Shown: positions 20,859-31,429, counted from the first letter of the stretch. The stretch is DNA of 64,000 bases from Devosia sp. (GCA_015657675.1 JACDQI010000107.1:2706-66705); one strand, 5' to 3'. Program-made: numbers and translations. Notes: a model not told the origin generated them from the letters alone.

Positions 20859-22712
20859 ATGGGTCTTTCGGTAACGCTGAGCAACGCACTGAGTGGTATG
20901 CGCGTCGGGCAGAGCGCCCTCGATGTGCTGTCGCACAATGTCGCCAATGCCGGTACGCCCGGATATCACCGCCGCAGCGTCAGCGTCATCGACTCGCTTG
21001 GTGTCAACTCGACCTATGCGCGAGAAGGTCAGCTGCAACGGACCTTCAACCAGGCGCTGCAGTCGCACTATACGCGTGCCGTGTCGGACTCCGGCTTTTC
21101 CTCGGTGCAGGCCGGCTATCTCGACCGCGTGCAGATCCTTTTCGGCAAGCCGGGCACCACCGGATCGCTCGACAGCGCCTTTGCCGACTTCGAAAGCTCA
21201 CTGAACTCACTCTCGACCAGCCCGGATAACTTCGCGACCCGCGCTGAGACGGTGCAAAAGGCCCAGGTGCTGGCCGGTACGCTCAACCGCTTTACCTCCG
21301 ACATTCAGTCGCTGCGCCGCGAAATCGAGAGCAAGCTGGCGACCAGCGTCGACGACATCAACTCGCAGTTGCAGTCGCTGGAAAAGATCAATGGCCGCCT
21401 GATCGACCAGGGTATCGATCCGGGATCGCGCGCCACGCTGATGGACCAGCGCGACCGATTGATCGGGTCGCTGTCCGAGCAGATGGACCTGACCGTCGAC
21501 TATCGGACCGACGGCACGGTGGCGCTGATGACCCGCTCGGGTGTCGGCGTCCTTGACGGCAAGGCATCGGTGTTCTCGTTTGCAAGCGCCGGTGCCCTGT
21601 CGGCCAACTCGCAGTTCAACGCCAATGATGCGCTGACCGGCGTCGGCAAGCTCTCGGTGACGACGGCATCGGGCCTCAATATCGATCTGGTCAAGCAGAA
21701 CGTTTTGCGCTCGGGCGAACTCAAGGGCCTGATCGACCTGCGCGACAACCACCTGGTGCAGGCGCAGGACCAGCTCGACAACATCGCCGGCGCACTGGCC
21801 CTCTCCATGTCGACGCAGGCGACGGCGGGGACGGGGGTCACGTCGGGCGCCAATGTCGGCTACGAAGTCGATATCGGTGACGTCCAGAACGGCAATGAGT
21901 TCACCTTCAGCTTCCTGCAGGGTGGCGTGCAGAAGTCGGTGCGTGTCGTCCGCGTCGACGACACCAGCAAGCTGCCCCTGGACTATTCGGACGCCAATGG
22001 CGCACGGGTCATCGGGCTCGATTTTTCCGGTGGTACAGCCTCGGTCGCCTCGCAACTGCAGGACGAGCTGGGCACTGGTCTCATCGTCACCAACCCAAGC
22101 GGCAATGTCCTCCGCATCACCGACGATGGCGCGGCTGGCACGACCGACATGTACTCGCTTACCAAGCGTGTCACCTCGTCGGCGCTGCAGGGCGGCGGCA
22201 CGGCACTGCAGCTCTTTGTCGACCTCAACAATTCAGCCTTCACCAACTCCCTTGATGGCGTCGGGCAGATGCGCGGCTTTGCTGGCCGGATCAGCGTCAA
22301 CCCTGCAGTGGTGCAGGACAACAAGCTGATGGTGCAGTATCAGCTGGGCGGTTCACTGGGCGACGCTGCGCGCGTCAATGCGATCGTCAGCAATCTTGAA
22401 GACCTGCGATTCGCTGGTGGGCCGGGCAGTGTCCGGAATGGCGCCAGTTCGCGGCTCGCCGGTACGGTCAGCGACTTCATCAGCCAGGCCATCAACTACC
22501 AAGGCAACGCGGCGGCCTCGGCGATTGCCGACAACGACACGCAGAAGCTGACGCTCGATGCGCTGGGCGAGCGGCTCGAGGCTGACTATGGCGTCGATGT
22601 CGACGAGGAAATGGCCCGGCTGATGGAACTGCAGAATGCCTTTGCCGCGAATGCCCGCGTGATGTCTGTCGCGCAGGAATTGATCCAGTCCCTGTTGAGT
22701 TCGGTGAGGTAG
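20859..22712 (+). CDS. flgK: Hook-associated protein 1
   Basis: HNVANAGTPGYHR ... GVDVDEEMARLMELQNAFAANARV. Confidence 0.93.
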   Translation: MGLSVTLSNALSGMRVGQSALDVLSHNVANAGTPGYHRRSVSVIDSLGVNSTYAREGQLQRTFNQALQSHYTRAVSDSGFSSVQAGYLDRVQILFGKPGTTGSLDSAFADFESSLNSLSTSPDNFATRAETVQKAQVLAGTLNRFTSDIQSLRREIESKLATSVDDINSQLQSLEKINGRLIDQGIDPGSRATLMDQRDRLIGSLSEQMDLTVDYRTDGTVALMTRSGVGVLDGKASVFSFASAGALSANSQFNANDALTGVGKLSVTTASGLNIDLVKQNVLRSGELKGLIDLRDNHLVQAQDQLDNIAGALALSMSTQATAGTGVTSGANVGYEVDIGDVQNGNEFTFSFLQGGVQKSVRVVRVDDTSKLPLDYSDANGARVIGLDFSGGTASVASQLQDELGTGLIVTNPSGNVLRITDDGAAGTTDMYSLTKRVTSSALQGGGTALQLFVDLNNSAFTNSLDGVGQMRGFAGRISVNPAVVQDNKLMVQYQLGGSLGDAARVNAIVSNLEDLRFAGGPGSVRNGASSRLAGTVSDFISQAINYQGNAAASAIADNDTQKLTLDALGERLEADYGVDVDEEMARLMELQNAFAANARVMSVAQELIQSLLSSVR

Positions 22713-22716
22713 TCCA

Positions 22717-24244
22717 ATGGCAACGACCGTCATCAATCGCGCGATGTTCCCGCTCTCGAGCGGCATCAGCAACATCATGGGGATGAAGGAGCGCTACGAC
22801 ACGCTGCAGACGCAGCTGTCGTCAGGGCTGAAGGCCACGCGTCTGAGCGAAATGGGGTCGGACCGTTATTTCGACCTGGCGCTGCGGCAACGGATCTCGC
22901 GCATCGACAGCTTTGGCGACAGCATCAAGAGCGTCAACCTGCGTCTCAATGTGCTCGACCAGACTGTCAGCCGTCTCGATGTCGTCGAGTCCGACATGCG
23001 CGCCGTCACCCTCTCCGGGTCAGGCGGACAGTCCAGCCTCAACTTCGACACCGCGCCGGCGCTGGCGGCCGCACGGCTCGACGAAGTCATGACACTGCTC
23101 AATGTCGACGTGGCCGGGCGCTATCTCTTCGGTGGCGACAAGACCGAAAACCGGCCGGTAGAGGATGGTCTCACCATCCTCAACGGCGACGGTAACCGCA
23201 TGGGCTTTATCAACTACGTTGCGAGCGCAAGGCAGCGACGTCGGCAACGGCAATATGGGCCGGCTGGCGATCACCCAGCCGACGACCAGCTCCGTGCAGC
23301 TCACCGAGGATGGTGGCGTGGTGCACGAGTATGGCATGAAGGTCTCTGCCATCACCGTCAACAGCCCCTCTGCGGCCATTGCAGTGACCGGCCCTACGGG
23401 AACTCCGCCAAACATCTCCGCGGCCTTCAGCGCCGTCCCTGGCGCCGGTGAATCGGTCACGGTGACGCTCAAGATGCCCGATGACACCACCGAGTCCTTC
23501 ACACTGACCGCCACGACGGATCCGAACAGCAAGACGAGCTTCCAGATCGGCGTCGATGCCGATACGACGGCCGCCAACTTTGCTGCTGCTCTTGGGCTGG
23601 CAGTGACTGACAAGGCGCAGGGCACCCTGGTCACCGCTTCAGCTTACCGCGCGGCCGACGACTTCTTCTTCGGCAGCGGCGAAGTCCCCAAGCGCGTCGA
23701 CCTGACGCCGCCGGCAACGGCGACTACAGCGACCGGCGTGGTCAACGGCACGACGTCGAACACGGTGTTCTGGTACAAGGGCGGCGACAGTGCCGATCCA
23801 CGTCGCTCCGTTACCGCCAAGGTGGGGGAGGGCGCCACCGTTGCTTATGGCGTCGAGGGCACCGAGAAGGGCATGGTCAATCTGGTGCGCGCGCTCGCCA
23901 CCATGGCGATCCAGAATTTCCCCAAGAGCGACCCGTTCGCCACCGACCGCTACAACGCCATGACATCCCGCAACAATCAGCGGTTGTCGGAAGATGTCGC
24001 GTCGACCAAGGGGTCGATCGAGATGATTGCGGTCGAACTTGGTCTGGCCAAGGCGACCACTGGTGCGGTGGCAGAACGGCACACGGCGCACAAAGCGCAG
24101 TTGAGCAACATGCTGCAGGATATCGAAGAAGCGCCCACCGAAGTGGTGGCCATGGAGATCCTGGCGCTCAAGACCCGGCTTGAGGCAAGCTACCAAACCA
24201 CGGCGATGCTGGGTCAGCTGTCGCTGGTCAACTACCTCAAGTAA
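22717..24244 (+). CDS. flgL: Hook-associated protein 3 / flagellin-like (frameshift near 23222-23236)
   Basis: QLSSGLK, GRYLFGG, LEASYQTTAMLGQLSLVNYL; follows flgK; split across two ORFs. Confidence 0.85.
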
Positions 24245-24273
24245 GCCAGCAAGATGACCAGAGCCTGAAATGC

Positions 24274-24300
24274 AAAAGCCCCCGGCATCGGGGGCTTTTT
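24274..24300. terminator. Bidirectional intrinsic terminator (flgL/flaF)
   Basis: aaaagccccc-ggcatc-gggggctttt between convergent genes. Confidence 0.85.
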
Positions 24301-24326
24301 CGTCGGTACAGCTCTGGCAGGTCCGC

Positions 24327-24704
24327 TTACTCGGCAGGTCTTGAGGCACGAAGCCCAGCGGCCAGTTCACGATTGATGTTGATCAGCGTGTCGAGCTTGG
24401 CGGGCACCGGATTGTCCTGCATGGACACGGTCTGCTTCATCACGAACAGACCCAGATTGGCGATGTTCTCGCGGAGCTTGTCAGGCAGCTGGCTGGATTC
24501 GCCAGTCACCGAGGTGAGGAAGATGTTCCAGAGTTTGCGGTTGAACAGCAGAGCATCGCGAAGCTCGTGGCGTCTGTTGTCCCAGTCATCACGCACCATT
24601 TGCAACTGAGCTGCAGCACGGGAGAGAAGGTTGGCTTCAAGAACGCGTGGGCTTACTGTCTGCTTGCCGACCTGCTGGTAGGCATGCGCTGCACTATGTT
24701 GCAT
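24327..24704 (-). CDS. flaF: Flagellar biosynthesis regulator FlaF
   Basis: PRVLEA, ALLFNRKLW, LRENIANLGLFV, LININRELAAGL. Confidence 0.93.
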   Translation of the reverse strand: MQHSAAHAYQQVGKQTVSPRVLEANLLSRAAAQLQMVRDDWDNRRHELRDALLFNRKLWNIFLTSVTGESSQLPDKLRENIANLGLFVMKQTVSMQDNPVPAKLDTLININRELAAGLRASRPAE

Positions 24705-25080
24705 TGGCTAGGAGTTCCTGCTCGTACTGGATCAGCTTTTTCGCAGCCTTGAGAGCTTTGTACAGCTCGCCGGTTAATATCTCGTTATTGATTTGGTCGA
24801 CAAGTTGAATGGTTGATGGCGCTGCCGTGACTATGTCGTTGATCAGCTTGAAGTAATCGCCGCGCAGGCGCTCCACGTCGTCGTCGATGTACATCAGCTG
24901 GACGGCAAAGTAGATGCGCTTGGCCGGGCTGTCGGCCGTGTCGGGCGTCAGGATGTCCTTCTCGCGCAGGATCGGCGCTTTGCCATCGATGAAGAGGCGC
25001 GTGCGCTGGTCCGAGTTGGTGACCACGCAGTTGCCGATGATCAGCTTCTCGCCAGGCTTGAGCTCGACTTTCAATGACAT
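24694..25080 (-). CDS. flbT: Flagellin translational regulator FlbT
   Basis: LKVELKPGE, ILREKDIL, PAKRIYFAVQLMY, YKALK. Confidence 0.95.
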   Translation of the reverse strand: MSLKVELKPGEKLIIGNCVVTNSDQRTRLFIDGKAPILREKDILTPDTADSPAKRIYFAVQLMYIDDDVERLRGDYFKLINDIVTAAPSTIQLVDQINNEILTGELYKALKAAKKLIQYEQELLANAT

Positions 25081-25179
25081 TTGGATGCGGCTCTCGATCT
25101 GATTCCGATGCGGCGATTATGCGCGTTTCCGCTTGCCGATGCTCGAATTTCTTCGTCTGCGGGAGGGGGAGGGCGGCCC

Positions 25180-25212
25180 AAAAAAGAAGAAGGCGGGCCG
25201 AAGCCCGCCTTC
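25180..25212 (-). terminator. Intrinsic terminator of flagellin A
   Basis: Minus strand: gaaggcgggc-ttcg-gcccgccttc followed by a U-tract. Confidence 0.85.
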
Positions 25213-25237
25213 AATCGGATCAATAAAGCCTTCTGGC

Positions 25238-26812
25238 TTAGAACAGGCGGAGCACTGCCTGGTCGGCCTGCGAGGCCATCGACAGAGCCGTCGAAGACAG
25301 CTGCTGGCGGGTCTGCAGAGCGAGCAGGTTCGCTGCTTCCTCGTTGGTGTCGGCCAGCGTGAGGTTGGCAGCACCGGTCTCGAGGGTATTGATCATGTTC
25401 TTGGTGAAGTCCTGACGGTTTTCAACCACGGAGAGGTTGGAACCGAAAGTCGACGACTGCGAACGCAGGCTGTTCAGCGCGTCACCAAGGGTGGCGAGCT
25501 TGGTGTCGAGCGTGGCGTCAGCGTCGAAGTCAGCGTCGACAGCCGAGACAATACCCAGTTCGGTATTGTTGATCGACGTAGCCGCGCCGTCCTCGTCCTT
25601 GGCCTGGATTTCTATGGTCGAAGTCCCGGTTTCGTTGAAGGTCAGCTTCAGCTTGTCGCCGCGCAGCAGGTTGATACCGTTGAACGAAGCGTCATCAGAG
25701 AACTTGTCGAGCTGATCGCGGAGTTCGTTGAACTGCTTGACCAGGTTCTTACGCACGTCGTTGCCACCGATGGTGTCGGTGGTGGAGCCGCCAGTGACCG
25801 AGCCGGCAGAAGTGGCGCCGGTGACAGTCAGGTCGGTCGTCGAGAGGTTCTCGATGCGAAGCTTGCCGTTGTCATTGGTGGCGCGGATCTTGCCATCAAG
25901 GGCGGCGGTACCCGAGATTGCGGAGACGATCTCGTCAACCGTCTTGGCCTCATGGCCAGTCTGGGTCAGAGCGCCCGCTGCGGCAAAACCGAAGTTCGCC
26001 GTCGTCAGAGCCGTACCAGCACCACCGTTGGCGATCGCAGCGCCGGTGATGGCGATGGACGAAGTGGCAGGGTCGGTAGCGGTTTCGGACGTAAAGGTGA
26101 GCTTCGAACCCGTAGCACCCGCCACGTCGATCGAAAGATCCGCCGCGTCGAAAGCGGTGGTCAGAGCGGTCGCCATTTCGGCACCGGTCACGGCCGTGCG
26201 GTCGACGGTAGCGATGTTGTCGGTGACGGTCGAGCCAACGGTGATCTTCAGCGATTCAGCGTTCGTGCCCTGCTCGATCTTAACAGCAATGGCTGAACCG
26301 CCATTCTGCGCGATGTTGAAGGTCACGTTATCGCCAGCTTCGTCGAAGTCGAGGTTGGCATAGTTGGAGGCTGCAGTCAGCACGGCCTTGGAGTCGGTCA
26401 GACCGACCTTGACGGCCGTCGCGCCCACCGAGCCGCCGGTGAACTCGAGATCTTCGGTGCCTGCCGGCGAGCTGCCGAGGTCAATGCTGAACGATTCCGA
26501 CTTGAACGACTTGTCCTGGCGCGCCTGGCGGAGCGTGGACTGCATCGATTCGACGGTCTTGGTGATCGACTTCAGGCCGTTGTCAGCAGCTTCAATGGTC
26601 TTGATACCAGAGGACATGGAGTCCAGCAGGTTGGCCATGTCGCCGGCGCGGCTGTTGAGGGCCGAGGCGGTGAAGAAGTTCGACGGGTTGTCGAGAGCCG
26701 AGTTGACCTTGAGGCCAGTGGCGAGGCGGTTCTGGGTCGCGGCCATCGACGATGCGGTCGACTGCAGCGAGAGAAGGTTCTGGCGAACGGCCTTTGAGAG
26801 ATTGACGTCCAT
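25238..26812 (-). CDS. Flagellin
   Basis: RLATGLKVNSALDNP, DASFNGINLL, ADTNEEAANLLALQTRQQL. Confidence 0.95.
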   Translation of the reverse strand: MDVNLSKAVRQNLLSLQSTASSMAATQNRLATGLKVNSALDNPSNFFTASALNSRAGDMANLLDSMSSGIKTIEAADNGLKSITKTVESMQSTLRQARQDKSFKSESFSIDLGSSPAGTEDLEFTGGSVGATAVKVGLTDSKAVLTAASNYANLDFDEAGDNVTFNIAQNGGSAIAVKIEQGTNAESLKITVGSTVTDNIATVDRTAVTGAEMATALTTAFDAADLSIDVAGATGSKLTFTSETATDPATSSIAITGAAIANGGAGTALTTANFGFAAAGALTQTGHEAKTVDEIVSAISGTAALDGKIRATNDNGKLRIENLSTTDLTVTGATSAGSVTGGSTTDTIGGNDVRKNLVKQFNELRDQLDKFSDDASFNGINLLRGDKLKLTFNETGTSTIEIQAKDEDGAATSINNTELGIVSAVDADFDADATLDTKLATLGDALNSLRSQSSTFGSNLSVVENRQDFTKNMINTLETGAANLTLADTNEEAANLLALQTRQQLSSTALSMASQADQAVLRLF

Positions 26813-26886
26813 TTGTGGTCCCTTTCTGGGTTCCGAATAAGATGCGGCTCTTCCTGAGACGCGTGGGCCAATATTGCGGCCAAGAC

Positions 26887-26902
26887 GTAAAGAAGTCTTA
26901 AT
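26887..26902. promoter_or_regulatory. CtrA-like box upstream of flagellin A
   Basis: GTAA-AGAAGTC-TTAAT (N7). Confidence 0.55.
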
Positions 26903-27033
26903 GCCAGCCTTGCAACTGGCGTTTATTTAGAAGCATTTTCAATGAGTTAATGGATGGTGTACGGCTGTCCCAAAATGCAACGGAGCTCGAGAGTGGCCGG
27001 ATTTTGGGTGGATTGACGCTTGTTTGACGCCTG

Positions 27034-27066
27034 AAAAACAAGAAGGCGGGCAAAATGCCCGCCTTC
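27034..27066 (-). terminator. Intrinsic terminator of flagellin B
   Basis: Minus strand: gaaggcgggca-ttt-tgcccgccttc followed by a U-rich tract. Confidence 0.8.
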
Positions 27067-27107
27067 CCGGTGACCTGCCTTCTGGCGAATAATCAGGCCA
27101 TTCTGGC

Positions 27108-28684
27108 CTAGAACAGTCGCAGCACGGCCTGGTCGGCCTGCGACGCCATCGACAGAGCCGTCGAGGACAGCTGCTGGCGGGTCTGCAGGGCGAGCAGGTT
27201 TGCTGCTTCTTCGTTGGTATCGGCCAGGGTCAGGTTGGCCGCACCGGTTTCGAGGGTATTGATCATATTTTTTGTGAAGTCCGTGCGGTTCTGCACGATC
27301 GACAGGTTAGAGCCGAACGAGGACGACTGCGACCGCATGAAGTCGAGAGCATCCTTCAGTTCGCTCAGCTTTGTATCGAGTGTCGCATCCGCGTCGAAAT
27401 CCGACTCGACGACAAGGTCGATGCCCAGGCTCGTGTTGTTGATCGCCGTCGCTACGCCCGCTTCGTCCTTGGCCTGAATCTCAATAGTGGACGACCCGGT
27501 CTCGTTAAAGGTCAGCTTGAGTTTGTCGCCACGGAGCAGGTTGATGCCGTTGAAGGAGGCATCGTCGGAGAATTTGTCGAGCTGGTCGCGCAGTTCATTG
27601 AACTGGGTGACGAGGTTTCGCCGCACGTCGTTTCGACCGATTGTGTCCGATGTCGCGCCGCCCGAGGCTACGCCACCCGAGGTGACGCCGGTGACCGTCA
27701 GCTCGGTAGTCGAGAGGTTCTCGAGACGAAGTCTGCCATTATCGTTGGTGGCGCGCACCTTGTCGGTCAGTGCAGCCGTCGCACTGATCTGGGAAACGAT
27801 CTCGTCGACGGTTTTGGCCTCATGGCCCGTCTGGGTCAGAGCACCCGCTGCGGCGAAGCCGAAGTCTGCCAATGCCAGTGGCGTACCACCACCGCCGTTC
27901 GCAACAGCAGCGCCAGTGATGGCGATGGACGAAGTGGCAGGGTCGGTAGCGGTTTCGGACGTGAAGGTGAGCTTCGAGCCCGTGGCACCCGCCACGTCTA
28001 TCGACAGATCCGCCGCGTCGAAAGCGGTGGTCAGAGCGGTGGCCATTTCGGCACCAGTCACGGCCGTGCGATCGACGGTCGCGATGTTGTCGGTGACGGT
28101 CGAGCCAACAGTGATCTTCAGCGATTCAGCGTTCGTGCCCTGTTCGATCTTTACAGCAATGGCGGAACCGCCATTCTGCGCGATGCTGAAGGTCACGTTA
28201 TCGCCAGCTTGGTCGAAGTCGAGGTTGGCGTAGTTGGAGGCAGCGGTCAGTACGGCCTTGGAATCGGTCAGACCGACCTTGACGGCGGTTGCACCCACAG
28301 CGCCGCCGGTAAACTCGATGTCCTCGGTGCCAGAGGGCGAACCACCCAGAGCGATCGAGTAAGATTCGGACTTGAACGACTTGTCCTGGCGCGCCTGACG
28401 GAGCGTCGACTGCATCGTCTCGACCGTCTTGACGATCGACTTGATGCCGTTGTCGGCCGCTTCGATGGTCTTGATACCGTTCGACATAGAGTCGAGCAGG
28501 TTGGCCATGTCGCCAGCGCGGCTGTTGAGGGCAGAGGCTGTGAAGAAGTTGGTCGGGTTGTCGAGAGCCGAGTTTACCTTCAAGCCAGTGGCAAGACGTT
28601 CCTGGGTCTTGGCCATGTTGGCCGCGGTAGACTGAAGGCTCAGGAGGTCGATCGAACCGCATGCGAGAGGTTGATATCGGCCAT
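27108..28684 (-). CDS. Flagellin (frameshift near 28648)
   Basis: Paralog of 25238-26812. ATG 28684 gives MADINLSHAVRS; one restored A gives NLLSLQSTAANMAK in frame. Confidence 0.93.
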
Positions 28685-28759
28685 TTGCTAATGATCCTTA
28701 TGGCTTTGACTAGCTTTGGTCTCGTCCTGAGAGTGAGAGAAAGTTAACCTTCCAGAGTC

Positions 28760-28774
28760 TTAAGAATGGTTAAC
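28760..28774. promoter_or_regulatory. CtrA-like box upstream of flagellin B
   Basis: TTAA-GAATGG-TTAAC (N6), containing the TTAACCAT half-site on the minus strand. Confidence 0.5.
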
Positions 28775-28872
28775 AAGGCGCGACCAAACGCAGTTAATTT
28801 TGCGTTGCGGCAACTGGCAAAAGCTGCCGACCATCCGCCTATGTGGTTGAAAAAACGTCGGAAAACGAGCGT

Positions 28873-28905
28873 GGGCAAAATGTGCCGAACCGGCACAATT
28901 TGCCC
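28873..28905. promoter_or_regulatory. Tandem ftr-like elements
   Basis: GGGCAAAATGTGCCG and CGGCACAATTTGCCC, same GGCA-N5-TGCC geometry as the other ftr sites. Confidence 0.6.
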
Positions 28906-28935
28906 TGCGTTACAGAAAAATGAATTAACGCCCGA

Positions 28936-29298
28936 TCAGGCGATTTTCTCGGTGAGGCGGTACTCCGACTCGGGGGGCGTCCAGCTGGTGCCGACTCGGG
29001 CGAACAGCTCCTGTGCCGAAGTGGGACGCGGCGCGAGGGCGCCCGAGATCACGGCGCGGACATAGTCGGCGCCGGGCTGTTCCAGGGGAGGCATGGGGGG
29101 CACCGGGGCCGAACGCCGCTCGGCGTCCGACTTCTCGGGGCGCGCGGGACTGGCGGATCTGTCGAGGCCAGTGTCGGAGGAACTTGCCGCAGGGGGAGGG
29201 CGGGAAACGGACGTCGCATTGGACGCCGACGCCGGCTGCCGGTATTCGGCAACCGGAGCAACAGCTCCAATCGATTCTGGCGCGATCCTGGCGCTCAT
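28936..29298 (-). CDS. Hypothetical protein in the flagellar cluster
   Basis: MSARIAPESIGAV..., low-complexity middle, ordered-looking C-terminus; AAGGA upstream. Confidence 0.6.
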   Translation of the reverse strand: MSARIAPESIGAVAPVAEYRQPASASNATSVSRPPPAASSSDTGLDRSASPARPEKSDAERRSAPVPPMPPLEQPGADYVRAVISGALAPRPTSAQELFARVGTSWTPPESEYRLTEKIA

Positions 29299-29431
29299 CG
29301 TTTCCATCCTTTTCGACGTCGGGTGAAACCACGGCGTCTGGCCTTCCTTGGCCTCCTGGATGAAACGATGACCCAAAGCAATTGCGCCGGCGTTCAGGCC
29401 GGCGCTTGCATTTGCATCAAATTGCGAACGA

Positions 29432-29902
29432 CTAGAGGGCGCGGTTGATGGCGATGCCGCGTGCCGAGGTGTTCGCCGAATTGGGCTGCATCTGTCCGGA
29501 CGCCCCATAGGTGCGGGTGCGGTTCTGCGCGCCGATGGTATCGGCGACCTCCGTGAGGATAGACTCGGTCACGTCCTTGGCCGTAGCGATGACGCGCAAG
29601 TTCTCCGCCATCTGGGTGGCAAGCCGTTCGTGGCCGCCGCGCAGGCGGGCCAGTTCGGCCGGCACTTCGGCGCGCAGACGAACCAGTTGTCTTTGCACCG
29701 AGCGGGAGAGGCCAACATAATCCTGGGCGAGCCTCGTCTTTTCGGACGTCAGCTGGCTGGCATCCTTGACGTGGCCGGCGCGGAGCAGGGTGGTTTCCTG
29801 GTTCATGATGGTAACGAGCGCGGTCAGCGTCGTCTCCACCCGTCCCACCAGTTCACGTCCAGGCAGATTGTCCAATTCAGCGAGGCGTTGAGCGGCGGAC
29901 AT
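29432..29902 (-). CDS. flgN: FlgN-like flagellar export chaperone
   Basis: Helical ETTLLRAG...LATQMAENLRVIATAK...YGASG; position after flgI-flgJ. Confidence 0.7.
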   Translation of the reverse strand: MSAAQRLAELDNLPGRELVGRVETTLTALVTIMNQETTLLRAGHVKDASQLTSEKTRLAQDYVGLSRSVQRQLVRLRAEVPAELARLRGGHERLATQMAENLRVIATAKDVTESILTEVADTIGAQNRTRTYGASGQMQPNSANTSARGIAINRAL

Positions 29903-30234
29903 TATCGATAGGCTCCAATGGAAGAGGCAGGAACGGATTTCTGGGACGCTTCCTGCATGGCGATCAGGTCGCTGAGCAGGGAGTCGGCAATGCCGAGGCC
30001 GCCGTTTTCGGCAATCTGGTTGGAAAGTTGTTCGGACTGCATGCCGCGCCAGGTTTCTTCGGCAAAACCGCCACCAAAGCTCTCCTGGTCGGTCTTGATG
30101 CCCGAGAACATTTCCTTGAGCAGCGTATTGAGGAACACGCCTTCGAGTTCCTTGGCCTGCGCCTTGAGACTGTCGATATTGGCCGGGAGTGGCTTTTCCG
30201 GCGGACGGGTGAAGCCGCTGATCAGGTTGGACAT
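29902..30234 (-). CDS. flgJ: Rod-binding protein (single-domain FlgJ)
   Basis: AKELEGVFLNTLLKEMF, GGGFAEETWR, GGLGIAD. Confidence 0.88.
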   Translation of the reverse strand: MSNLISGFTRPPEKPLPANIDSLKAQAKELEGVFLNTLLKEMFSGIKTDQESFGGGFAEETWRGMQSEQLSNQIAENGGLGIADSLLSDLIAMQEASQKSVPASSIGAYR

Positions 30235-31357
30235 CAAAGCACCTCGATCTCGGCCTGCAGGGCGCCGGACGCCTTGATGGCCTGCAGGATGGCAATGAGG
30301 TCGCGCGGGCTGATGCCAAGCGCGTTGAGACCATCGACCAGTTCCTGCAGCGACACGGTGGTGGGCACCACGGCCAGCTTGGAGTCGGTCTGAGTGACCT
30401 GCAGGTTGGTGGCGGGCTGCACGGCCGTCTGCCCGAGGCTGAGCGGTTCTGGCTGCACGACTGTCGGGTTCTCGGCGATGGTCACCGTGAGGTTCGACTG
30501 CGCCACGGCAACCGTGGACACTCGAACGTCCTGGCCCATGACGATGATGCCGGAGTTTTCGTCGATGACAATCTTGGCGGGCAGGTCGGTGTCGACGACG
30601 AGTTGTTCGATGTCGGTCAGCAGGTCAACAATATTGCCGTTAAAGCCGTAGGGCAGGTTGATGCGGACCGTTGCCGGATCCTCCGGCGTGGCGGCGGGCG
30701 AACCGATGAAGTCGTTGATCGAAAGCGCGATGCGACGCGCCGTCGTCAGGTCGGGGTTGCGCAGCGCCAGCCGCAGCGAGCGCTGAGCGCCGAGCGAAAA
30801 GCCGATTTCGCGCTCGATGAGGCCGCCCGAGGAAATCCGTCCGGTGGTGGGAACGCCGGAAATGATGGTGGCCGCGTCGCCCGAGGCCTTGAAGCCGTTG
30901 ATCGTTACCGACCCCTGGGCGATGGCATAGACCTCACCATGGCGCCGAGCAGCGGCGTCACCAGCAGCGTGCCGCCCTGCAGGCTCTTGGCGTCGCCGAG
31001 GGCTGCGACATTGACGTCGAGCCGGCTGCCCTGGGTGGAAAAGGCGGGGAGGTTGGCGGTGACCATGACGGCGGCAACATTTGCCGTGCGCATGTTCTCG
31101 CCGCGGGTGTTGACGCCCAGCCGTTCAAGCATGGCCTGCAGGCTCTGCTTGGTGAAGGGCGAATTGTTGAGGCTGTCGCCAGTGCCGTTAAGGCCGACGA
31201 CCAACCCGTAGCCGACCAGCTGGTTGTCGCGAATGCCTTCAATATCCACGACATCCTTGATGCGGGCGCTGGCGGCCGATAGTGAGCTGAACGGCGTGAG
31301 CAGCGAGGTCGCGACGAGCGCGGCGGCAATCAGATGTTTGACGAGCCGTAAGTTCAT
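30234..31357 (-). CDS. flgI: Flagellar P-ring protein (frameshift near 30940)
   Basis: RIKD, NQLVGYGLVVGLNGTGD, GDAKSLQGG, LRNPDLTTA, ILQAIKASGALQAE. Confidence 0.94.
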
Positions 31358-31413
31358 TCCTAGTCCCCGGTCTGGCCGATCCATCCCCATGGCGCGGCAC
31401 TCGGCAAGGTAAA

Positions 31414-31429
31414 TGCGAGAACCGTGCCA
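31414..31429 (-). promoter_or_regulatory. Sigma54 promoter of flgI
   Basis: Minus strand TGGCAC-GGTTC-TCGCA; ftr-like CGGCAGATTTTGCCG at 31538-31552. Confidence 0.75.

Noticed and set aside
23165-23451. Programmed frameshift in flgL
   Set aside because: No slippery heptamer; two dropped C residues match the window-wide error pattern.
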